Source: a virus
Taxonomy: Duplodnaviria > Caudoviricetes
IMG/VR virus record: IMGVR_UViG_3300006805_000023
DNA length: 64,000 nucleotides
Reading direction: 5' to 3' (one strand)
The position numbers and the translations under genes are program-made. Position 1 is the stretch's first letter. Every line of letters begins with the position of its first letter. The notes under the pieces were generated by a model, which ran no database searches, was not told where the DNA came from, and saw nothing but the letters and a program-made list of their open reading frames with translations. Positions 53,570-61,350 of the stretch are shown here, in pieces.

Positions 53570-53926
53570 GTGATCACAAACCGCTCTCTAGTCGCCGCCG
53601 TCGGACCAACGCAGGCACCCATCTTCAAGTTCACAGGAACAGTCCGTGGTGCATTGCTGCTGATCCTCGAAAACCTCGATGATGTCAACCAGCTCACCTA
53701 CAAGGTGCAGGAGAGCAATGACGGCGTCACCTGGACCGACAAAATCTTCGTAGTTGGCGACTCAAACGTCAGCACGTTTGTGATCGACCACGGCGGAGCA
53801 CACACTTTCCGGGTTCAACCAGCCACCCTCCACACCCGCTTGGTCGGAAGTGGTAGCCTCACAGTCAATGTCGGCCTCTCCTATTCAACCGCAGGATCAG
53901 ACAGCGCCCCTGAGCTTTACGCGTGA
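53570..53926 (+). CDS. Putative virion decoration protein (third ESxDG-type paralog)
   Basis: YKVQESNDGVTW; TAGATAT cgac GTG start. Confidence 0.7.
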   Translation: MITNRSLVAAVGPTQAPIFKFTGTVRGALLLILENLDDVNQLTYKVQESNDGVTWTDKIFVVGDSNVSTFVIDHGGAHTFRVQPATLHTRLVGSGSLTVNVGLSYSTAGSDSAPELYA

Positions 53927-54548
53927 GGTCTGGGACAAGGTCTCACCTGAGACGCTCGCCTTCCTAGACTGTCACGAAACCATGGGACTACTGGAGCACG
54001 GCCAAGAGGCCGCTCTTGAGTTATGCGCCATGGACGCCCTGATCGAGGAGTTCGAGAGCCACATCAAGCGCAGCCCACGCCACGGGCGGGTCAGAGATAC
54101 ATGGCAGACTCTGAAAGAAGCAGTTCGTATTGGTAACGTTGGACCGCAGATCCTACTCAGGTTCTCACGCCGCACCAAAATCATGCTAGAACAAACCAGA
54201 AAAAACCGCTTCGAGGCTTCCCTGATGGAGTCGCTCCTCAACATGGGAGACCTCAGCGCCCTCGCCCCTGAAAGACTTCAGGACTTGGAGCCACACCAGG
54301 CTTTCCTACGCGAGATGGGCCGCACCTTCAAGTGTCGCAGCGGCGATCTGGCCGAATCGGTGTCGAGTGGCCTCCACGTTTACCTCGATGAAGCCGACAC
54401 CAAGAAGCTGCTGGAGCAACGCGCCATGATGCTTGAGCAGTTTGCTCTGAAGCACGGCTATCACTGCGTGCGCCGTGGCAGCATGTCGGACATCAGTCAC
54501 GGACACTCCAGCCAGCGGGTATCACGCTGGACCTTCATCAAGATATGA
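53850..54548 (+). CDS. Hypothetical protein (start uncertain: 53868 or 53982)
   Basis: ORF ATGA-coupled to the next gene. Confidence 0.7.
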   Translation: MVASQSMSASPIQPQDQTAPLSFTREVWDKVSPETLAFLDCHETMGLLEHGQEAALELCAMDALIEEFESHIKRSPRHGRVRDTWQTLKEAVRIGNVGPQILLRFSRRTKIMLEQTRKNRFEASLMESLLNMGDLSALAPERLQDLEPHQAFLREMGRTFKCRSGDLAESVSSGLHVYLDEADTKKLLEQRAMMLEQFALKHGYHCVRRGSMSDISHGHSSQRVSRWTFIKI

Positions 54549-57355
54549 GCGCGGCCTTGCTGCTACAGAAACACCGCCGGAGGCGCAAAGCGTCTTCCGT
54601 ACCCAAGCCTTGCCCAGAAGAAGGCCAAGAGCCAGACAACCTGACCGAGTCCTCGGCATGGGTGGCAAACGTCCTAATCCCGGACGCTGGCAAGCTGATC
54701 CTGCTGCCGGTCCTCGACACTTATCAATCAAATGGGGTCGCGTTTCACGCCAACTCCCCAGGAGGCAGGATGCTGCCGATCTATTCAGTCCTTGCCAATC
54801 GCGCAGTCCTCCAGAAACACTTCCCCTGGCTCGGTCGCGAGATCAACCGGCTGAAACAAGAGGACCTCGTGGACGAGTCTGAAATGTCGATGGTGCAGAA
54901 ACGGGTGTTCGAGCGCAGCGGGTTCGGATTCTGGATCGTTAAGGGCCAGCGCGGCTACTTCTATGGCAACCCGTTGGTGCATAAGCTGTTCATGCGCGAC
55001 GTCACAACCGAAGAACTGCGCAAGCTGTCTCACATCTTCAAAGCAACGGCTGCCGGACTTCCGCAGGAGGTAGTGTCCATTGAGGACTTCACAGGCCAGG
55101 ACGACCTGTCCTTGAAGGGACTGGTCAACTCAGGCAGGCACGCCACCCCGAATGAGGTGGCGTTTTTGATCTACGACCAAGGAGACTTGGAAGGAGTCAA
55201 CCCAAAACAGCTGGCTGACCTGCTGGATTACCCAGCGGTCACTGATAGCCTTAGGCACCTCCAGGGGCCGTCACAACTCAAGTTTGCTCACAACGTCGTG
55301 CTGGCGCTCAAGTACTCTATGAGCAAAGGGGTGGAGGTGGAGATCGACAAATACCCGCCTTACATCGCAATGGCACTCCGCAAGGTCGGCGAGAGCCTGG
55401 AAGAGGCCTCCTTCAGCAAGCTGCTTGGCCTGACCCAGTCCAATGGTGGCTACCGTTACGGCGGTATGCGCAAGGTAAACGACCGGTGGGTGATCGACCC
55501 CGCCATCAACGGACGTCTTGACAACAGCCGTTTCATCGTGACCTCGATGCCATCCTGGAGGCTCGGTCAAGACGGGTTTCCTGTGATGCCCTACGTCTGC
55601 AAATCGGCTCCAGAGCGCAGCACCACTGGCATGAAGCAGGTTGGGTTCGTGCGCGTCACTAACCAAGGCGGGTTTTTGCGCAAGCTCGCTGGTAAACTCA
55701 TTCCGCAGATCCGGGCGGCAGAGCCCGACGTTCAGGTGTTCTGCAGCTGTCTGTCGGCGGAGTCAGTTGTATTGATGAGCGACGGCACCTATCGCCCAAT
55801 CGCTGAGGTCAGGGTGGGGGACAACGTGATCACCCACAAGGGACGCTCACGCAGAGTCACCAAGGTGGCAGCCCGTCAGGTCAGGCCAGACGAGAACGTG
55901 TATCGCGTAAAGGTACAAGGCTTCCCATTTGAAATGACTGTGACCGGCAACCACCCGTTCTACACGCTCCGAGGTAACGACAAGTGCCTGTGCGGCTGCG
56001 GGCAGCTCCTACAGCGTCCAAAGCGCAGTGCCTGGTCGCCGGAACTGCTCCTAGGGCGTCGTTTCATTCAGGGCCATGGTGCACGCCCAGCAGTTGAGCA
56101 GGACCACTCAACTGGCAGGTTCTCGTGGATTGACGTGGATAACCTTGAGCCAAACGAATGGTTCCTCTCCCCATGGCAGCAGTCCGGGTGCGCCAGCATG
56201 AGCAGGAGTCTGGCAAGGCTGTTGGGATATTACGCGGCGGAAGGCTCCGTTGCAACCAGAGGGACGACGGTTAGCTTCACTCTCAACATGAACGAGTGGG
56301 ATACCATCGGCAACGATGTGTTGAGGCTCTGCCACAATCTCGGCCTTAAGGCGCGCAGGAAGCAGTCAGGCGACCACAACTGGTTCAACGTTTACGTCTC
56401 AGACAAGAAATTCCGCGACCAGTGCGTGTCCCTGGCGGGCACCGGGTCCCGCACCAAGAAATTGGCTAGCAGCTTGATGGACCTCCACCATGAATCACTC
56501 GTAGAACTGCTCCTAGGCATGTTACTAGGAGATGGCACAGTCGGTGGTGTGAGTGGTGGAAAACGTCAGGGACGAGTCAGGTACCACTCAACCAGCAGAG
56601 ATCTTGCCAGCCAGGCCCAGACCATCATGAGCAGGCTCGGACTGCGAAGCTCCCTGTCCTTCTCCAGGAAGGCCACGAAGCCAAGGCAGGCACGCAGCAA
56701 GCGCGAGGGCAAAGTGGTTACCCTTAACCAGTCGGCTTGTTGGCAGGTCACTCCTGACCCAACGGCCTGTTCATCCCTGCGTCGCCTGATGCGCTCAGTA
56801 ACGGGCGGTAAGGACTCCATGCCGGACAACCCCGCAGCACAGCGCAGCGTTAAATTCGTCCCGAAGGAGGGACAACTGCGTGCTATGCTCAAACGCGAGA
56901 AGGTTGACTTTGACGGACTCGTTTACGACTTGACTGTCGAGGAGGACGAGTCGTTTGTGGCGCATGGGGTCGCGGTTCATAACTGTCCCGACTTCAAGTA
57001 TCGGTACCACTGGGTGCTGTCCCAAATGGGCGCAGCCGCGAAGCCGTCCGGAGCCGGTGGAGAGGCCACCAATGCCCCTCCCAACAAGACCAACCCGTCA
57101 TTCAGGCCATCGCTGTGCAAGCATCTGGCAGCCTGTGACCAGTTTATCGACTTTGGCAACGCCGACTTCAGGAAGATGCTGCGCAAGGTCGGTAACTCGC
57201 CGGTCCAGACTACACAGCCAAAGCGCGATCCGGTGATTCGCCGGAACGCGCCAGTCAGAGCAGCCCCGACACCACCAAAAAACGGCGATCCGAAGCCTGC
57301 TGATCAAGGTGTTACTCCTCCAGAAGCTGCTTCGGTGTCACCCCGCCTTGCCTGA
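54545..57355 (+). CDS. SWIM zinc-finger protein interrupted by an intein
   Basis: Spliced product reads VFCS-CPDFKYR...SLCKH (CxC...CxH). Confidence 0.85.
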   Translation: MSAALLLQKHRRRRKASSVPKPCPEEGQEPDNLTESSAWVANVLIPDAGKLILLPVLDTYQSNGVAFHANSPGGRMLPIYSVLANRAVLQKHFPWLGREINRLKQEDLVDESEMSMVQKRVFERSGFGFWIVKGQRGYFYGNPLVHKLFMRDVTTEELRKLSHIFKATAAGLPQEVVSIEDFTGQDDLSLKGLVNSGRHATPNEVAFLIYDQGDLEGVNPKQLADLLDYPAVTDSLRHLQGPSQLKFAHNVVLALKYSMSKGVEVEIDKYPPYIAMALRKVGESLEEASFSKLLGLTQSNGGYRYGGMRKVNDRWVIDPAINGRLDNSRFIVTSMPSWRLGQDGFPVMPYVCKSAPERSTTGMKQVGFVRVTNQGGFLRKLAGKLIPQIRAAEPDVQVFCSCLSAESVVLMSDGTYRPIAEVRVGDNVITHKGRSRRVTKVAARQVRPDENVYRVKVQGFPFEMTVTGNHPFYTLRGNDKCLCGCGQLLQRPKRSAWSPELLLGRRFIQGHGARPAVEQDHSTGRFSWIDVDNLEPNEWFLSPWQQSGCASMSRSLARLLGYYAAEGSVATRGTTVSFTLNMNEWDTIGNDVLRLCHNLGLKARRKQSGDHNWFNVYVSDKKFRDQCVSLAGTGSRTKKLASSLMDLHHESLVELLLGMLLGDGTVGGVSGGKRQGRVRYHSTSRDLASQAQTIMSRLGLRSSLSFSRKATKPRQARSKREGKVVTLNQSACWQVTPDPTACSSLRRLMRSVTGGKDSMPDNPAAQRSVKFVPKEGQLRAMLKREKVDFDGLVYDLTVEEDESFVAHGVAVHNCPDFKYRYHWVLSQMGAAAKPSGAGGEATNAPPNKTNPSFRPSLCKHLAACDQFIDFGNADFRKMLRKVGNSPVQTTQPKRDPVIRRNAPVRAAPTPPKNGDPKPADQGVTPPEAASVSPRLA
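55748..56983 (+). mobile_element. Intein (412 aa) with LAGLIDADG endonuclease
   Basis: Starts CLSAESVVLMSDG, ends VYDLTVEEDESFVAHGVAVHN, +1 Cys; LLGYYAAEG and LLGMLLGDG. Confidence 0.93.
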
Positions 57356-57485
57356 CCGATTCGGTCAGAGTAGGAGCAGCCTGCGCGGCTTCGGAGGCCG
57401 AACCAAAGGTTCCCTTGACTGGAGCAACGCGCTTGCCCTTGGAGTCAACCAGAATCCACTTTTCCTGAGATGTGCTGTTTTGCAT
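57312..57485 (-). CDS. 57-aa protein missed by the ORF track
   Basis: Read manually: MQNSTSQEKWILVDSKGKRVAPVKGTFGSASEAAQAAPTLTESVRQGGVTPKQLLEE; fills the 163-nt gap. Confidence 0.55.
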   Translation of the reverse strand: MQNSTSQEKWILVDSKGKRVAPVKGTFGSASEAAQAAPTLTESVRQGGVTPKQLLEE

Positions 57486-57517
57486 AGTGAGTGAGCTAGA
57501 AAGCAGGTCAGCTTTCT

Positions 57518-58315
57518 ATGAACAAAAACGGACCATCCATGCCCAGTAACAATCAGCTACCAGATCTCCCTTCTTTCGACCTCGGCGGAGCCAGACTCAT
57601 CCTTGCAGATGAAGAGTCACCCGACTTCGAAAAAGAGGCCAAGAAGCCAACCGCCCCGCCTCCCCCACCGGTGAGCTTGTTCGACGCCCTCAAAGCGACA
57701 TGCGCAGGCACCCCAGCCGTACCGCCAACGGGCTTCCAGTCGGCCAAGGCTTTGGGCAACTTGAACGACAAAAGGTTCATCCCATCGGAAGAAGGCCCGT
57801 TGATGGGGGACGTCGGAGCCTCTGAGCCCAGCCTAGGGCAACGGATGCTGCAGGAACTCAACAACGCTGTCCTCAGCAACTCCATGGACGCCACGACAGC
57901 CCGCGAAATGGCGGTCATGGTGGAAAACTGGCAGACCCGGCTCGATCTCATCGGAATCGGCATGACTGCCTATGGGATGTCACGAGTGCAGAGCGTCACC
58001 CAGATGGCGGAGGACGTCGAAAGGCACATCTGGGAGAGACTCGCCGACCTCCCAGTCACAGAGGCTATCGGCCTGCTCAAAGTTCTCCACAAAGACCGGC
58101 TGGCCTTCATCAACTTGGTTGGCAACAGGGCCTCGAACCCTACCATATCCAGCCCGGACGCACTGTCTGGAGGCCTTAACGGACGCGCTGAGGAGTCCTC
58201 AAAGCCAAAGGTCTCCATGATCAAGCCGGACGGTCGCAAGAGGCTCCACCTGATGATCGGAAAGCTACGCAAGGTGATCGACGCTGATGCAACTGTGGTT
58301 GAGAGTCCCACTTGA
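57518..58315 (+). CDS. Hypothetical protein (265 aa), helical; small-terminase-like architecture possible
   Basis: Long ORF; function guess is weak. Confidence 0.7.
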   Translation: MNKNGPSMPSNNQLPDLPSFDLGGARLILADEESPDFEKEAKKPTAPPPPPVSLFDALKATCAGTPAVPPTGFQSAKALGNLNDKRFIPSEEGPLMGDVGASEPSLGQRMLQELNNAVLSNSMDATTAREMAVMVENWQTRLDLIGIGMTAYGMSRVQSVTQMAEDVERHIWERLADLPVTEAIGLLKVLHKDRLAFINLVGNRASNPTISSPDALSGGLNGRAEESSKPKVSMIKPDGRKRLHLMIGKLRKVIDADATVVESPT

Positions 58316-58340
58316 CGTAGCGGTAGGGAGCACTTACTGT
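58312..58340 (+). promoter_or_regulatory. Class-1 promoter TTGACG-N17-TACTGT
   Basis: 7 nt before ATG 58348. Confidence 0.7.
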
Positions 58341-58347
58341 GCTGTCC

Positions 58348-59088
58348 ATGAGCAATTACCTTGAAAACGAAACAACGACCATCCAATGGCTTGATGAAGC
58401 ACTGGAGTCCCTCACAGAGGCCTTGAAGGCACTCGACGTTACGATCGTCAAAATCGAGCGGTTCCCACACCTCACCAGCGCAGCCGAGTGCAACCTGGGC
58501 AATTTCTGGAACCGACAGCGCGGCGGAGCCGTTGAGGTGAGCAGGATGGTCCTATGGATCGTTACTGGAGAGCACGTCCAGATGGTGGGCAGCACCACGG
58601 TCAGCGAGTATCTCCCATCAGTCACAGTCGGCACCATCAACTACAACGCTCCGATGCGCGAGGGCTGGGCTCGGTTCCAGGAGTACAAGTATTCAGCCAG
58701 TGCTGGCAAGAGGGGCATCAAGATCGCCACAGTGGCGGAGCGCTTCAAGGGCTACCATGAGGTAGTGATCGACCCATCCAAGGCGACTTCCAAGAAAAAG
58801 CCAAAGGACTCGGAGGAGCCCGTGGAGTTTCAAAACGAAGCCGCTGTTGACTCCTCCACGGCGTCCCCAACGGAAGCTCCACCTAGGCCAACACCGGAGC
58901 CCAACAAGAAGCAGGCGGCAGCCCCCGAGATCCCGTTGCTCGAAATGGCAGCGGGTCCGGGAGGTATGGTTTACGTACATATCCCGATGACGCTCGTCCC
59001 CCAGACTTTCGCACTGGCGCTGGAGGCCCTCATGAGAGGGGCAAATGGTGATGTCAACATGGCAGCAACAACGCTTCCCCACTCATGA
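58348..59088 (+). CDS. Hypothetical protein
   Basis: ORF 58339..59088 trimmed to the promoter-proximal ATG. Confidence 0.8.
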   Translation: MSNYLENETTTIQWLDEALESLTEALKALDVTIVKIERFPHLTSAAECNLGNFWNRQRGGAVEVSRMVLWIVTGEHVQMVGSTTVSEYLPSVTVGTINYNAPMREGWARFQEYKYSASAGKRGIKIATVAERFKGYHEVVIDPSKATSKKKPKDSEEPVEFQNEAAVDSSTASPTEAPPRPTPEPNKKQAAAPEIPLLEMAAGPGGMVYVHIPMTLVPQTFALALEALMRGANGDVNMAATTLPHS

Positions 59089-59465
59089 TCAGACCTAAGG
59101 CCCTGACACTGTTCATCAAACGCAGGCTGATCATCGCGGACGGCCTGCTGCTCAACCCAGAGTCGATCGCTGAGGACGTCTTCTACCTTCTGAAGGCAAA
59201 ACTCGAAGATAAGACACTGAAGCCTAGCAGGCTCTTTTTCACGGAGCACGTGGAGTCGCTCTTGAAGTCCTACGGGGAGAGGCTATCAAACATTGAAGCC
59301 GAAACCATGTTGTTCCATGAGGTCAACACCCTGTTTTCGCAGTCATGCGAGGGCGAGTTCATGGACACTGGGAAGTCCTCGTTTGCAGCAAAAGCTGATG
59401 GGGTCGATCAGGACACCGACAACGAGACTGATTTCATGTTGGTGATGGGCAGTACCGAAGAGTAA
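59085..59465 (+). CDS. Hypothetical protein (126 aa)
   Basis: ATGA-coupled. Confidence 0.7.
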   Translation: MIRPKALTLFIKRRLIIADGLLLNPESIAEDVFYLLKAKLEDKTLKPSRLFFTEHVESLLKSYGERLSNIEAETMLFHEVNTLFSQSCEGEFMDTGKSSFAAKADGVDQDTDNETDFMLVMGSTEE

Positions 59466-59517
59466 GGCGTGAACGGGTCGTTTTGTATCCCTGTGGGGGC
59501 TAGGTTTCTAGCCCTTC

Positions 59518-60009
59518 ATGGACCAGAAACAGCCCAACGATACTGCAATCCCTCTCTCCCTCCAGAAGCACAACCTCCCCCCAGGTCATGCTGGTTATTA
59601 CAACCACAAGAGGTCTCCGCTCACCTTCACCTCCAACTTCTCCAACCGTGGACCTGCCGACATCGACGCCGGTAAGGCAGTCCGCGACCTCCAGGGCGCG
59701 CTCGTCCTCTGGGACCCGGATTTGGAGCGTATGGTTGCCGACGGCGACCTCAAGCGCATCATGCCGAGCGATCCGCGCTACAAACAGTTCGTCAAGGAGA
59801 GCGGCGACCTCAAGAAGCGCCAGAGCACGGTCGTTACTCCGAATGCTCAGGTGCCGGTCGGCTCCCAGCAGGATCAGTCCGACGCTGGCAAACTCCAATA
59901 TGAGACCGACGTCGTGGACGACACCACTTACTACCTCTACGAGGGCCAGCGGTTCTCCTCGATCAGCGCCATGAACGCTTACGCGAGGTCGATCGGCAAC
60001 GTCACCTAG
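59518..60009 (+). CDS. Hypothetical protein, C-terminus RAMA/DUF2924-like
   Basis: YLYEGQRFSSISAMNAYARSI. Confidence 0.7.
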   Translation: MDQKQPNDTAIPLSLQKHNLPPGHAGYYNHKRSPLTFTSNFSNRGPADIDAGKAVRDLQGALVLWDPDLERMVADGDLKRIMPSDPRYKQFVKESGDLKKRQSTVVTPNAQVPVGSQQDQSDAGKLQYETDVVDDTTYYLYEGQRFSSISAMNAYARSIGNVT

Positions 60010-60353
60010 TACCTGGACCACGCGGGACGCCGCTTTCGCTGCCACGACTTGTGAACACGCAGCGTAAAGCGGGTCCCTTCTCCATGAAAGCACTTCTTAT
60101 TGGAGACACCAGACAGGTTCATCGGGTATTCCCTGGCCTTCACCTTGTGAGGTTGGAGCACTGCAAACCCGAGGTCGAGAGGCTTTCCGTTAAACACCTT
60201 CTCTTGAAGGTAATCGACCATCACAGCCGCCAGCTTCCTGGCTTCAGTCGCGCTCATGTCGTACTGAAACTGCAAATCCGAAACCAAGAACTTCATGTAG
60301 GTGCGTCGGTACTCGGAGGCAGGAACGACGTCTTTGACAGGCTTGCGTGGCAT
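60006..60353 (-). CDS. HU/IHF-like DNA-binding protein
   Basis: Helix-helix, then GKPLDLGFAVLQPHKVKAREYPMNL arm; trimmed to ATG 60353. Confidence 0.65.
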   Translation of the reverse strand: MPRKPVKDVVPASEYRRTYMKFLVSDLQFQYDMSATEARKLAAVMVDYLQEKVFNGKPLDLGFAVLQPHKVKAREYPMNLSGVSNKKCFHGEGTRFTLRVHKSWQRKRRPAWSRY

Positions 60354-60400
60354 AGGCCAACCAAGAAAGCCACAAATTCTCTCCCAGTAGGTATCACAAT

Positions 60401-61048
60401 ATGCCCGAAGCTGCACTGATAACCACAACCGAGTACGATCGGAACAACAAGTCCCTCAGGAACTGGATCACCGCAGTCGAGGGCAAGGTAGACACCCTTA
60501 GGGCGGAGTTTGACCAGTTTAAGGTTGACATCCGGGCCGAACTGGCTACCGCAGTCAGTGGACTCAATCAGCAGCTCATCGGCAACAGGGCCTACACCTA
60601 TCCGCACTCCTTGCCGTTCATCTTCACAGAGCAGGAGATCGCGGTGTCCTTGTGGAACAAATGGACCACGGTTGACCTGAGTTCGTGGTGGACCGCCACC
60701 ACGGTCGCGTTCCCAGCGAAGGCCGTTCGCCTGCAAGTCAGCGCTCGCATCTGGTGGACCGGGCCTCTGCAGTCTGGAGATGATATCCGGTATCTGGATG
60801 TTGATTTTTCCGGTGTGGAAACCAGCACGGCGGTGACGCAAGACAACTATGCGAGGCCTGCCCCGTCACGACGCGTCCGCGTCAGTGGTGTTAAGGACGA
60901 CAGCACCTACGCAGATTCAGTCAGCCAGGAGCTGTTGGTACCGGTCTATTACAAGGACAACAAACCATACATCAGGTACTGGTTCGGGTCTAACGGAGGC
61001 TCCGTCAGCAGACAGGCCTCCATCGCTATCACTGGCTGGAAGTATTAA
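60401..61048 (+). CDS. Putative virion (fibre-associated) protein
   Basis: Coiled coil, then a WTTVDLS beta domain; TAGGTAT 6 nt upstream. Confidence 0.75.
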   Translation: MPEAALITTTEYDRNNKSLRNWITAVEGKVDTLRAEFDQFKVDIRAELATAVSGLNQQLIGNRAYTYPHSLPFIFTEQEIAVSLWNKWTTVDLSSWWTATTVAFPAKAVRLQVSARIWWTGPLQSGDDIRYLDVDFSGVETSTAVTQDNYARPAPSRRVRVSGVKDDSTYADSVSQELLVPVYYKDNKPYIRYWFGSNGGSVSRQASIAITGWKY

Positions 61049-61350
61049 ACAGCGGCCTTGACGCCGTTGGGCCACAGCACCGTGTAGAACCCCTTCGGGT
61101 TCAGCTTCTTCTCTGGAAGCTGCTTGCCATCGTACAACAGGCCTTCAGCAGAGGCCTTGAACCTGGAGGTGCGCAGGTGACTCACGAACTTGCGCGACTT
61201 GAGCTGCGTGAACCACGGGTGAAACGGGGTCGTAAACACAGCTGGGTCATGGTGATGGAGCACCGACTGACCCTTAGTCAGAGACATGATGGCTTGAATG
61301 TGGCGAGGCGCGGTGTGAGTGTGAAACTCGATGACGGTGACGTTTTTCAT
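61045..61350 (-). CDS. Hypothetical protein (101 aa)
   Basis: ATGA-coupled to sbcD. Confidence 0.65.
   Translation of the reverse strand: MKNVTVIEFHTHTAPRHIQAIMSLTKGQSVLHHHDPAVFTTPFHPWFTQLKSRKFVSHLRTSRFKASAEGLLYDGKQLPEKKLNPKGFYTVLWPNGVKAAV

Noticed and set aside
57355-57517. Cluster of hairpins suggesting a structured ncRNA
   Set aside because: A plausible 57-aa minus-strand ORF explains the gap; no recognisable RNA family and no covariation data.
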